Of a DNA stretch of 62,293 nt, positions 18,884 through 28,187 are shown piece by piece. Every line of letters begins with the position of its first letter. Positions within the stretch are counted from its first letter, which is position 1. Under the pieces are notes generated by a model, which saw only the letters and a program-made list of their open reading frames with translations, ran no database searches and was not told the DNA's origin. Made by a program: the position numbers and the translations under genes. Source of the DNA: an uncultured Bacilli bacterium (GTDB taxonomy: Bacteria; Bacillota_I; Bacilli_A; RF39; UBA660); contig CAKOMI010000003.1 of assembly GCA_934096605.1 (NCBI GenBank), positions 1-62,293 on the forward strand, written 5' to 3'.

Positions 18884-20218
18884 ATGAAGCTACAAAAATT
18901 TAAAGTTAGAAATAATAAAAAATTTGTTTTTATATTTATTAGTGTAATTTTCCTATTTCTTTTAGGTGGCATATATTTATGTAAAACATATGCCGTGTTT
19001 AGTGAAGAAAAACACTTTAATGTCATTAATGGTGAGGTACAAGATCCTGGAGACGTTTATTTTGCTTACTATGTAAACGATGAAATAACTAGAGAGTTAC
19101 CAAAACAAAATACAGGTTATACATTAGATACCCAAAAAAGTAATTGTACAAATGGTGTTAAAGTTAATTGGGATAATAAAAACTGGACAGCTCTAGTTAA
19201 TTATCAAGAATATAATGCAACAGATTACACCAGAACCAGATGTAATTTATATTTTAAAAAAACAGCTGTATTAAATATTTTAAATTTAGCCAAAAATGAC
19301 ACAACTAATTTAGCATTAGATGATTATGGTAATACAAGGTATATTGGAGCCAATCCAAACAACTATGTAAGTATCGATGGCAAATTATGGCGTATTATAG
19401 GTGTCATGAAAGATATTGATGATGGAACTGGTATCAAAGAAGATAGAATAAAATTAATAAGAAATGAATCAATAGGCATGTACTCATGGGATAGTAGCGA
19501 CTCTAGTATTAATTCAGGCTATGGCGTTAATGAATGGAGCCAGGCAAAGTTAATGAAACTATTAAATCCTGGGTATGAAAGTGAGTCCGTAGGAGGCTCA
19601 TTATACTGGAATAGTAAATCTGGCAATTGTTTTACCTCGCTAAATTTTGGAAATTCTAGCTGTGATTTTACAGATAATGGGCTAAGCACAAAAGAAAAAA
19701 ACTTAATGGATACTGTTCTTTGGAACATTGGTGCCTTGGGAAGCAATGATTCTGATAGAATTACGAATGCTTCTTATATGCAAGAGCGTGGAACAAATCC
19801 AGGCAATATTTGTACAGCTGGAGAATATTGTAATGATACAATAAAAAGAACAACGACATGGAAAGGATTGGTTGGTTTAATGTATCCAAGCGATTATGGA
19901 TATGCAACAAGTGGCGGCATTACAATTTCTCGAATAGAGTGCTTAAGCAAAAGCTTATACCTTTGGAATGATAGCTCGTCTAGTGATTGTAAAGGTAATA
20001 ATTGGCTTTTTAATCAAAATCATTACTGGACCATGACACCTTCCGCAAATTCTTTATATGCACACGGCATGATAGTTATAAATGGTTCGGATGGTAACAT
20101 AGTCGTTTATGGCACAAATGGAAAAAGCAATATTTATCCAGTAGTTTATTTATCTTCTAATGTTTTATTTAGTAGTGGTAATGGTTCAATAGATAATCCA
20201 TTCATTCCAAGTTTATAA
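18884..20218 (+). CDS. hypothetical secreted/anchored Cys-rich protein
   Basis: 444 aa, RBS AGGAGG, N-terminal signal anchor, no recognisable catalytic motif. Confidence 0.6.
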   Translation: MKLQKFKVRNNKKFVFIFISVIFLFLLGGIYLCKTYAVFSEEKHFNVINGEVQDPGDVYFAYYVNDEITRELPKQNTGYTLDTQKSNCTNGVKVNWDNKNWTALVNYQEYNATDYTRTRCNLYFKKTAVLNILNLAKNDTTNLALDDYGNTRYIGANPNNYVSIDGKLWRIIGVMKDIDDGTGIKEDRIKLIRNESIGMYSWDSSDSSINSGYGVNEWSQAKLMKLLNPGYESESVGGSLYWNSKSGNCFTSLNFGNSSCDFTDNGLSTKEKNLMDTVLWNIGALGSNDSDRITNASYMQERGTNPGNICTAGEYCNDTIKRTTTWKGLVGLMYPSDYGYATSGGITISRIECLSKSLYLWNDSSSSDCKGNNWLFNQNHYWTMTPSANSLYAHGMIVINGSDGNIVVYGTNGKSNIYPVVYLSSNVLFSSGNGSIDNPFIPSL

Positions 20219-20345
20219 TACTTTACATTTTACTATTTTTATAACTTTCTAAATAAGCAATTTTATGATATGCTTAATATGAATAATAACTAAGATAACG
20301 TTTTAGTAATATAAAATGTTTGCAAAAGGAGATGTGAGGCTTGGC

Positions 20346-21506
20346 ATGAAAAACTTGTTCAAAAAAATTGATAAACCTTTATTTTTTCTCATGCTAGTTT
20401 ATATCATTCTTGGCTTAGTAATGATTTTGAGTGCCTCAAGTGTTTCTGCTGTTTTAAGATATAACGTTTCCTCTTCTTACTTTTTTATAAGACAACTAAT
20501 ATTTGTTGGTTTTTCTTGTCTTATTGGTATCTTTATTATCTTAAGAATGCCTACTAAAAAATATCGTTTCATCGCCCCTGTTTATTTATTTGGGGTAATT
20601 GGTCTTTTATTTTTAGTTTTTGGTTATGGTGCTATCGCCGGTGGAGCTCAAAGCTGGCTTGACCTTGGTTTCTTTAATTTACAACCAACCGAATTTGCTA
20701 AAACTGCTTTAATTTTATTTATGGCTGTTTTTTATGAAAAAAGTGTTAAAAAAAGAAAACCATTTGCCTATAACTTTATACCCATTATTTTTGCCGCTAT
20801 CATTTTCTTTTTAGTAGCTATGCAACCAGACTTTGGTGGAGCTGTTATTATTGGTGGCATTGTATTTTTTCTTTTCTTAAGAGTTCCATTTGAAAAAGAA
20901 AGTAATGTTGAAATAATTAAATATATTGGTATTGCAGGTCTTATTGCTGTTGCTGCTCTTTTATATAGTGGCTCTGATATCTTTAATAGTGGCCAACTTG
21001 CCAGATTAAAATTTCAAAGTCCTTGTCAAAGATATATTGAAGATACTGGTTACCAAGTTTGTAATGGCTTTATCGCTTTTCATAACGGTGGCTTGTTGGG
21101 CGTTGGGCTTGGTAATTCATCACAAAAATATTTATATTTACCAGAAGCCCATACCGATTTCATCTTTCCAATTTTAGTTGAAGAATTAGGTCTTGTTGTC
21201 GGTATTATTGTCATTTTAGGCTACGCTTACATGTTATATCGTATTTTGAAAATTGCTAAAAAAGCAGATTCTTTAAGAAACTCTATGATTTGCTATGGTG
21301 CTTTCATTTACTTATTAATGCATCTGTTAGTTAACTTTATGGGCATTTTAGCCTTAGTTCCTTTAACTGGTGTTCCAGTACCTTTCCTAAGCTATGGTGG
21401 TAGTTTTAATATGAATGTTATCATCATGATGTTTATCGTTTTAAGAGTTTCTATCGAAACTGAAACTAATGAAGAAAAAAGAATAATTGCTAATTTAGGC
21501 AAATAA
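20346..21506 (+). CDS. FtsW/RodA/SpoVE family peptidoglycan glycosyltransferase
   Basis: Polytopic; QPTEFAKTALILF, PDFGGA, LPEAHTDFIF, GVPVPFLSYGGS motifs; start set at ATG 9 nt after AAAGGAG. Confidence 0.85.
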   Translation: MKNLFKKIDKPLFFLMLVYIILGLVMILSASSVSAVLRYNVSSSYFFIRQLIFVGFSCLIGIFIILRMPTKKYRFIAPVYLFGVIGLLFLVFGYGAIAGGAQSWLDLGFFNLQPTEFAKTALILFMAVFYEKSVKKRKPFAYNFIPIIFAAIIFFLVAMQPDFGGAVIIGGIVFFLFLRVPFEKESNVEIIKYIGIAGLIAVAALLYSGSDIFNSGQLARLKFQSPCQRYIEDTGYQVCNGFIAFHNGGLLGVGLGNSSQKYLYLPEAHTDFIFPILVEELGLVVGIIVILGYAYMLYRILKIAKKADSLRNSMICYGAFIYLLMHLLVNFMGILALVPLTGVPVPFLSYGGSFNMNVIIMMFIVLRVSIETETNEEKRIIANLGK

Positions 21507-21537
21507 AAAGTATAAAAAAAATGATACTTTTTATTTT

Positions 21538-21629
21538 TTTGCCCTAAAAAAAAAGAAAATCGAGGGGTTACCGGTAATAATTATAAGTAGAGGGGTAATT
21601 ATTTACCCTTCTTAGAAAGGAGAAGTCTT
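21538..21629 (+). promoter_or_regulatory. conserved leader element, copy A (upstream of comEA)
   Basis: Aligns with 36212-36297: TTTGCyCTAAAAAAAAGAAAATC .. AGTAGAGG, hairpin AGAGGGGTAA/TTACCCTTCT (21589-21612), then TAGAAAGGAG RBS. Confidence 0.5.
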
Positions 21630-22262
21630 ATGCAAAATATCTTGGAATGGTTAAAGTCTAAAAAAATATTAGTTAGTTTTATCTTAATGGCTTTTGTTAC
21701 TGTAGTTTCTCTAGGCTTATACGCAACAAGTGTTATGGCTGAAGAAACCTATACTTGTCCAAAATCTGAAGAAATAGTTCCTTCAGAAGAAGAACAAAGT
21801 GAGATCGTTGTAGACATTAAAGGTGCTGTTGCAAAACCAGGTGTATATAAAGCCAAAAAAGGTAGCATTGTAAATGACTTAATAAAAATGGCTGGTGGCT
21901 TAACTAAAGATGCAGATACTAGCAATTTAAATTTAAGCAAATCTTTAACTAATGAAATGGTTGTAACAGTCTACACTAAAGATGAAGTTAAAAATATGGC
22001 TAAGCTAGATAGTATTACTGAGAATAACGAAAGCACAAGTAATGACCAAACAACTACTGACCAAGCAAGTTCTTTAATCAATATTAACACAGCTAGTTTA
22101 AGTGAATTACAAAATATTCCTGGTGTAGGTGAGGCAAAAGCTAAACTTATTATTGATTATCGCACTAACTGTGGCAAATTTACTAAAAAAGAAGATATTA
22201 AAAATATTAAGGGTATAGGCGACAAGATGTATGAAAAAATGGCCCCATATCTTACAGTCTAA
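21630..22262 (+). CDS. comEA: ComEA competence DNA receptor (SLBB plus helix-hairpin-helix)
   Basis: N-terminal TM, VDIKGAVAKPGVYK (SLBB), INTASLSELQNIPGVGEAKAKLIIDYR..GKF..EDIKNIKGIG (HhH). Confidence 0.88.
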   Translation: MQNILEWLKSKKILVSFILMAFVTVVSLGLYATSVMAEETYTCPKSEEIVPSEEEQSEIVVDIKGAVAKPGVYKAKKGSIVNDLIKMAGGLTKDADTSNLNLSKSLTNEMVVTVYTKDEVKNMAKLDSITENNESTSNDQTTTDQASSLININTASLSELQNIPGVGEAKAKLIIDYRTNCGKFTKKEDIKNIKGIGDKMYEKMAPYLTV

Positions 22263-24291
22263 GTATGTAATAATCATTATTTTACTTTTCTTAACCATAA
22301 TATGTTATTTAAGATTATTTAGGAGTAATCATGATATTGATCCTGCTAAAGATAATCTCGTAGGGAAAGTGTTGAACTATAAAATAGATGGTGATACACT
22401 TTCTCTTACTTTAAAAAATAAAGAAAAATATATTGTTTACTACACGTTTAAAACTGAAAACGAAAAAAATTACTATGTAAATAGCTTAGGTTTTAACGAT
22501 ACTTTAGAATTATATGGTGAGTTTAACTATCCTAGTACTAATAAAATTCCTAATACTTTCAATTATCAAAAATATTTAAATAACAAAAATATTTATTATA
22601 TTTTTAATGCTAATAAAGTTTCTATTACTAAAAAGGGTAATGTTTTATTTCAAATTAAAACGAAAATTATGAATACTTTAATAAGTAAAGATAATAATGA
22701 TTATTTTCTTACGATGGTTATGGGTAATACTACTCTTTTAGATACAGATAATATTAGATTTAATGGTATTAGTCATTTATTTGCTATTTCTGGAATGCAT
22801 ATTTCTTTGTTTATTTTTTTTCTTTCTAAAATATTTGGTAGGTTAGGTAATAAGAAAAATATTATTATCTTACTTTTTTTAAGTTTTTATGCTTTTTTAA
22901 CTAGTTTTACACCTTCTGTTTTAAGAGCTAGTTTAATGTGGGTGGCATCTTTAATAAATGATAAATATAATTTGGGTTTAAATACAAGATTAAGACTATT
23001 TTATATAGTAACAATCTTACTACTTATTAATCCGTTTTTCATCTATGATATAGGCTTTCAATATTCCTTTTTAATAAGTTACTGTCTTACTTATTTAATA
23101 CCAAGAAAAAATTATTTTATAAGTCTTTTCTATACCAGCCTTGTGGCCTTTTTAGCTAGTATACCCATCACCGCTAGTAATTATTATTCTATTAATCTTC
23201 TTACTGTTATTTGGAATTTGTTTTTTGTACCTTTCGTTAGTTTTATTTTATATCCTGTCTGTTTCTTAAGTTTACTAATACCTCTTTTAAATCCTTTATT
23301 TTCTAAGTGCATTTTAATATTTTCTAATATTAATAATTTGTGTAGCACTATTACCGTCGGAGTTGTTGCTATCCCTAAAGTACCAATTATCCTTTGGTTT
23401 ATTTATTTTGTTATACTATTTATGATTTTAAAAAAGAAAAAAAGAAAATACAAACTCATCTTACCAATTGTGTTTTTGGTTATATTGTTATTTCCTATAT
23501 TAGATAACGCATGTCACGTTTACTACTTAAATGTATCCCAAGGTGACTCTAGTTTAATTGTAACACCTAATAAAAAAGCTGTCTTAATTGATACAGGAGG
23601 GTTAGTTAGTTTTAAAAAAGAAGATTGGACTGTTAAAACTAAAAAAACAAACAATGCATCGAATATTAAGACTTTTATTAATTCACTTGGCATTAATGAG
23701 TTAGAAACTTTAATAATTACACATGGAGATTACGATCATATGGGAGAAGCTGTAAATCTTGTCAATATTTTGAAAGTTAAAAAAGTAATCTTTAACTGTG
23801 GAACGTTTAATACATTAGAATCTAATTTAAGAAAAGTTTTAGAAGCAAAAAAGATTCCATACCAGTCATGTATTAAAGAGCTTAACATTGAGAACTACCA
23901 ATTAAACTTTTTAAATACAAGAGTATTTGGGGATGAAAATAATAATAGTAATGTTATTTATACAGAACTTAATGGATATAAGTTTATGTTTATGGGAGAT
24001 GCGGGAATTGAAAAAGAAAAAGATATTTTAGATAAGTATAACTTAGCAAATATTGATGTATTAAAAGTAGGACATCATGGGAGTAAGACAAGTAGTAGTA
24101 AAGAGTTTATAGATGAAATTAAACCAAAGTATTCCATTATTAGTGTTGGGAAAAATAATCGTTATGGACATCCAAATAAAGAAGTATTAAATAATTTGAG
24201 TGATTCAAAAATATATAGAACAGATCAAGATGGTAGTATTATGTTTAAGATGAAAAACAATAAATTAAAAATTGAGATATGTAGTCCATAG
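22231..24291 (+). CDS. comEC: ComEC/Rec2 DNA internalisation channel with intact C-terminal metallo-beta-lactamase domain
   Basis: Competence domain (GISHLFAISGMHISL, PSVLRASLM), MBL motifs LNVSQGDS, THGDYDHMGE, FMGDAG, KVGHHGS, RYGHP; start overlaps the comEA end. Confidence 0.9.
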   Translation: MKKWPHILQSKYVIIIILLFLTIICYLRLFRSNHDIDPAKDNLVGKVLNYKIDGDTLSLTLKNKEKYIVYYTFKTENEKNYYVNSLGFNDTLELYGEFNYPSTNKIPNTFNYQKYLNNKNIYYIFNANKVSITKKGNVLFQIKTKIMNTLISKDNNDYFLTMVMGNTTLLDTDNIRFNGISHLFAISGMHISLFIFFLSKIFGRLGNKKNIIILLFLSFYAFLTSFTPSVLRASLMWVASLINDKYNLGLNTRLRLFYIVTILLLINPFFIYDIGFQYSFLISYCLTYLIPRKNYFISLFYTSLVAFLASIPITASNYYSINLLTVIWNLFFVPFVSFILYPVCFLSLLIPLLNPLFSKCILIFSNINNLCSTITVGVVAIPKVPIILWFIYFVILFMILKKKKRKYKLILPIVFLVILLFPILDNACHVYYLNVSQGDSSLIVTPNKKAVLIDTGGLVSFKKEDWTVKTKKTNNASNIKTFINSLGINELETLIITHGDYDHMGEAVNLVNILKVKKVIFNCGTFNTLESNLRKVLEAKKIPYQSCIKELNIENYQLNFLNTRVFGDENNNSNVIYTELNGYKFMFMGDAGIEKEKDILDKYNLANIDVLKVGHHGSKTSSSKEFIDEIKPKYSIISVGKNNRYGHPNKEVLNNLSDSKIYRTDQDGSIMFKMKNNKLKIEICSP

Positions 24292-24304
24292 AAAGGAGTA
24301 AGAT

Positions 24305-25192
24305 ATGAACTATTACAACGAGATAAAAAATAAGTTAATAGATAATGAAGTTTATTCAATGGTAAAGGACTATTCGAAAGAAAGGCATAAAGTTATTACA
24401 TATTTTGAAATAGGGAGATTATTAACTGAGGCTGGAGGAAAATATGGAGATAATGTTATAGATGAATACTCTCAAAAACTAGTTGTTGAAGTTGGTAAAA
24501 AATATAATAGAAGAACATTATTTAGAATGAAACAATTATACAATATATTTAGTAATGAAAAAGTGTCCACACTGTGGACACAATTGACATGGAGTCATTT
24601 AAGATTATTATTCAGTTTAGAAACTGATTCTATGAATTATTATATTAAAGATACAATAAATAAAAATTTATCAGTTAGAGAATTAGAATTTAAGATTAAA
24701 TCTAATGAATATGAAAGATTACCTATTGAAACTAAAAACAAATTAATACTTGATGATGAAATTGAAACAACAGATTTAGTACCAAATCCCATAATAATTA
24801 GAAATAAAAATAATATTGAAATAGTTACTGAAAAAGCGTTACATAATTTAATATTAGAAGATATAGAATCATTTATGAAAGAACTCGGTAATTCATTTAG
24901 TTTTATAGGTAGTGAATATAAAATAAAAATAGGTGATAGAAATCATTATATAGATTTGTTATTATTTAATATAAAGTTTAATTGTTATGTAGTAATTGAA
25001 TTAAAAGTTACCCAATTTAAAGTTGAATATATTTCACAGGTTCAAAAGTATATGAATTACATAGATAAAAACATAAAAGAAATAAGTAATAATAATACAA
25101 CGGGAATATTAATATGCAAAAGAGAAAATAAATTTGTAATAGAATACTGTTCAGATGAGAGAATTGCTGTTAGAGAATATGAATTAGTATGA
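24305..25192 (+). CDS. YhcG/DUF1016 PD-(D/E)XK nuclease (cassette 1)
   Basis: LTWSHLRLL, VRELEFKIKSNEYERL, FMKELGNSFSFIGSEYKIKIGDRNHYIDLLLFN...VVIELK (D..ExK), GILICK..VIEY; RBS GAAAGGAG directly after the comEC stop. Confidence 0.85.
   Translation: MNYYNEIKNKLIDNEVYSMVKDYSKERHKVITYFEIGRLLTEAGGKYGDNVIDEYSQKLVVEVGKKYNRRTLFRMKQLYNIFSNEKVSTLWTQLTWSHLRLLFSLETDSMNYYIKDTINKNLSVRELEFKIKSNEYERLPIETKNKLILDDEIETTDLVPNPIIIRNKNNIEIVTEKALHNLILEDIESFMKELGNSFSFIGSEYKIKIGDRNHYIDLLLFNIKFNCYVVIELKVTQFKVEYISQVQKYMNYIDKNIKEISNNNTTGILICKRENKFVIEYCSDERIAVREYELV
24563..24581. repeat. perfect 9+1+9 palindrome inside DUF1016 copy 1
   Basis: GTGTCCACA c TGTGGACAC. Confidence 0.95.
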
Positions 25193-25198
25193 TATAAT
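25190..25198 (+). promoter_or_regulatory. extended -10 box TGATATAAT overlapping the DUF1016 stop (cassette 1 junction)
   Basis: TGA stop is the TGn of TGnTATAAT; the same box recurs at all cassette junctions; cargo ATG about 22 nt downstream. Confidence 0.55.
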
Positions 25199-25219
25199 AT
25201 AGATACTGGAAGGTGTTAT

Positions 25220-25789
25220 ATGAAAATTGAAGAGTTAAAAAAATTAAAAGAAAAAGTAGAACAATTAATAAAAAAAAGAAATGAAGTATTAGAGATTCAA
25301 GAAGAAATAAAAAAATTAGAAGAAACAGATGAAATTAAAAAATATTTAAATTTATTAAATTTATTCAAAGAAAAAACAACAGGAAGAAATACTGGAATTG
25401 AAAAATTTACTAACAAAAAAATTATTGATATTGCAGTAAGTAATACAAAAATAACTCCTGATGAGGAAATGTATGTATATATAGGAACGTATAAGTATAA
25501 TAATGAAATTGACATTGTTCATGGCTCTTGTGATATTTTAGTAAGTAGGAATGACCATAAAGCAAATTATGTTCTATATCAAAACTTAGAAGCTAAATAT
25601 TATGAAACTGTTCAAATTCCATATACAAAAGCTGACGAATTTGAGTCTACTCATAAAATAATATTTCCACAAAACGTTGCAAATAAACAAAGATATTTTT
25701 ATGATTTACAATCTGAATATTTTGAAACAATGGTTTTTGAATCTCCTGAAAAAGCAAAAGAGAAAGTTAATAGATTAATAAGAAAATAG
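25220..25789 (+). CDS. cargo 1: hypothetical protein with N-terminal coiled coil
   Basis: 189 aa, RBS GGAAGGTG; no recognisable motif. Confidence 0.6.
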   Translation: MKIEELKKLKEKVEQLIKKRNEVLEIQEEIKKLEETDEIKKYLNLLNLFKEKTTGRNTGIEKFTNKKIIDIAVSNTKITPDEEMYVYIGTYKYNNEIDIVHGSCDILVSRNDHKANYVLYQNLEAKYYETVQIPYTKADEFESTHKIIFPQNVANKQRYFYDLQSEYFETMVFESPEKAKEKVNRLIRK

Positions 25790-25801
25790 TATTAGTAAAT
25801 T

Positions 25802-25826
25802 GAGGCTTAGAAATAAGTCTCTTTTA
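25802..25826 (+). terminator. rho-independent terminator after cargo 1
   Basis: GAGGCTTA gaaa TAAGTCTC followed by TTTT. Confidence 0.65.
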
Positions 25827-25873
25827 TATAACATTATATTTGATTAAATTCGTATGCATAAACATATGTCACC

Positions 25874-26444
25874 ACATGGAGATTACGATCATATGGGAGA
25901 AGCTGTAAATCTTGTCAATATTTTGAAAGTTAAAAAAGTAATCTTTAACTGTGGAACGTTTAATACATTAGAATCTAATTTAAGAAAAGTTTTAGAAGCA
26001 AAAAAGATTCCATACCAGTCATGTATTAAAGAGCTTAACATTGAGAACTACCAATTAAACTTTTTAAATACAAGAGTATTTGGAGATGAAAATAATAATA
26101 GTAATGTTATTTATACAGATTTTAATGGATATAATTTTATATTTATGGAATATGTGGGAATTGAACAAAAAAAAGATATTTTAGATAAGTATAACTTAAC
26201 AAATATTGATGTGTTAAAAGTAGGACATCATGGGAATAAGACAAGTAGTAGTAAAGAATTTATAGATGAAACAGAACCTAAGTATGCCATTATTATTGTA
26301 GGAAAGAATAATAGATATGGCCATCTGAAAAAAGAAGTACCTAATAATTTAGATAACTCTAAAATATACAGGACAGATCAAGATGGAAGTACTATGTTTA
26401 AGATTAAAAATATCAAATTACAAATTGGGACTTGTAGTCTGTAG
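25874..26444 (+). pseudogene. displaced comEC 3' remnant 1 (full-length tail, degenerate)
   Basis: First ~265 nt match comEC 23721 onward with one mismatch seen; the rest diverges and loses MBL residues (FMGDAG to FMEYVG, GHPN to GHLK); lacks the comEC 5' 1.5 kb. Confidence 0.85.
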
Positions 26445-26456
26445 GAAGGAGCAAAT

Positions 26457-27344
26457 ATGAATTATTATAATGAAATAAAAAATAAATTAGTAGATAATGA
26501 AATATATTCAAAAGTGAAAGACTATTCGAAGGAAAGACATAAAGTTGTTACATATTTTGAAATTGGCAAGTTGCTAAATGATGCAGGTGGAAAATATGGA
26601 GATAATATTATAGATGAATATTCTAAAAAATTAGTTGTTGAAGTTGGTAAAAAATATAACAGAAGAACATTATTTAGAATGAAACAATTATACAATATAT
26701 TTAGTAATGAAAAAGTGTCCACACTGTGGACACAATTGACATGGAGTCATTTAAGATTATTATTCAGTTTAGAAACTGATTCTATGAATTATTATATTAA
26801 AGATACAATAAATAAAAATTTATCAGTTAGAGAATTAGAATTTAAGATTAAATCTAATGAATATGAAAGATTACCTATTGAAACTAAAAACAAATTAATA
26901 CTTGATGATGAAATTGAAACAACAGATTTAGTACCAAATCCCATAATAATTAGAAATAAAAATAATATTGAAATAGTTACTGAAAAAGCGTTACATAATT
27001 TAATATTAGAAGATATAGAATCATTTATGAAAGAACTCGGTAATTCATTTAGTTTTATAGGTAGTGAATATAAAATAAAAATAGGTGATAGAAATCATTA
27101 TATAGATTTGTTATTATTTAATATAAAGTTTAATTGTTATGTAGTAATTGAATTAAAAGTTACCCAATTTAAAGTTGAATATATTTCACAGGTTCAAAAG
27201 TATATGAATTACATAGATAAAAACATAAAAGAAATAAGTAATAATAATACAACGGGAATATTAATATGCAAAAGAGAAAATAAATTTGTAATAGAATACT
27301 GTTCAGATGAAAGAATCGCTATTAGAGAATATGAATTGGTGTGA
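26457..27344 (+). CDS. YhcG/DUF1016 PD-(D/E)XK nuclease (cassette 2)
   Basis: Protein identical to copy 1 from about residue 60 to residue 291 of 295 (differs at residue 292, V/I); first 60 codons diverged. Confidence 0.85.
   Translation: MNYYNEIKNKLVDNEIYSKVKDYSKERHKVVTYFEIGKLLNDAGGKYGDNIIDEYSKKLVVEVGKKYNRRTLFRMKQLYNIFSNEKVSTLWTQLTWSHLRLLFSLETDSMNYYIKDTINKNLSVRELEFKIKSNEYERLPIETKNKLILDDEIETTDLVPNPIIIRNKNNIEIVTEKALHNLILEDIESFMKELGNSFSFIGSEYKIKIGDRNHYIDLLLFNIKFNCYVVIELKVTQFKVEYISQVQKYMNYIDKNIKEISNNNTTGILICKRENKFVIEYCSDERIAIREYELV
26715..26733. repeat. perfect 9+1+9 palindrome inside DUF1016 copy 2
   Basis: GTGTCCACA c TGTGGACAC. Confidence 0.95.
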
Positions 27345-27350
27345 TATAAT
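27342..27350 (+). promoter_or_regulatory. extended -10 box TGATATAAT at cassette 2 junction
   Basis: Overlaps the DUF1016 TGA stop. Confidence 0.55.
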
Positions 27351-27372
27351 ATGTATATAGGAAGTGATTACT

Positions 27373-28086
27373 ATGTCAAAAATACTTGAAACAAATTTGT
27401 GTAGAATTAATTATTCTGATAGTTTGGAAGAATTATCTAATGCAACAGTTAAACTATTACAAAATAAGATTGTTGAATATAAGAAATTATTTAATATTGA
27501 ATTTGATGAACAGATTATTGTGAATTATTTTGACGATTTAGAAGAGTTTAGAGAATTTATATATAAGATTAGAGGAGAAAGAGTGTCATTACCTAAATAT
27601 GCAAAAGGTACTTATGATGATGGCATGGTTAATGCATGCATTGAACCAGATACACAATTAAAAAGACTATATACTGCGAGTCACGAGTTGTTTCATATTT
27701 TATATATGAAGTATATATTAAAAAATGATTATTCGAATAGAATAGTTTGGTATGATGAAGGTATGGCTCAATTTATTTCTGGGGAAAAAGATAAATATGC
27801 TGATGAAGAAAAATTTAAAAGATTTTACTTAAAAGTAAAAGAGAATACTAAAATAATACCAAATTTAAATGATTTGAAACATGGTAATTCATTTTGCAAT
27901 GATGAATATAATGGATATGATTTAAGCTATTTATCTGTTAGATATTTAAATGAAATATTAACTTCAGAAGATTTTAAAAAACTTATGTCTGATTTTTCAA
28001 CTATAAAAGAGTATGGAAACAATTTAATATATAGAATGTTTGATTATTATGATTTGAAATTTGAATGTAACAAAAGAATAAAATAA
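27373..28086 (+). CDS. cargo 2: putative gluzincin-type metallopeptidase (HExxH..E)
   Basis: SHELFHILYM then WYDEGMAQF 20 residues later (HExxH-X20-E); start at ATG after AGGAAGTGA. Confidence 0.55.
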   Translation: MSKILETNLCRINYSDSLEELSNATVKLLQNKIVEYKKLFNIEFDEQIIVNYFDDLEEFREFIYKIRGERVSLPKYAKGTYDDGMVNACIEPDTQLKRLYTASHELFHILYMKYILKNDYSNRIVWYDEGMAQFISGEKDKYADEEKFKRFYLKVKENTKIIPNLNDLKHGNSFCNDEYNGYDLSYLSVRYLNEILTSEDFKKLMSDFSTIKEYGNNLIYRMFDYYDLKFECNKRIK

Positions 28087-28187
28087 AATTAAAACTGCAT
28101 TATCAAAAAATGTGGTTTTTTCTTTGAAAATAGCCATATTTCATTCGAATTACTAATTGACAATTAGCACATGGAGATTACGATCAT

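Noticed and set aside
18769-19026. Upstream extension of the HTH ORF to 166 aa
   Set aside because: The extension overlaps the divergent gene's start and promoter and looks non-protein-like. The HTH domain begins at the internal ATG 18768.
21589-21623. preQ1-I (or another known small riboswitch) as the identity of the shared leader hairpin
   Set aside because: preQ1-I needs a larger loop and an A-rich tail 3' of the hairpin. Here the loop is 4-6 nt and the A-run lies ~60 nt upstream. No other riboswitch consensus that I know fits.
28157-28184. TTGACA-N16-TACGAT promoter in the linker before comEC remnants 2 and 3
   Set aside because: The predicted start site would fall downstream of the chimeric ORF's ATG, and the -10 is weak. 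It is probably fortuitous.
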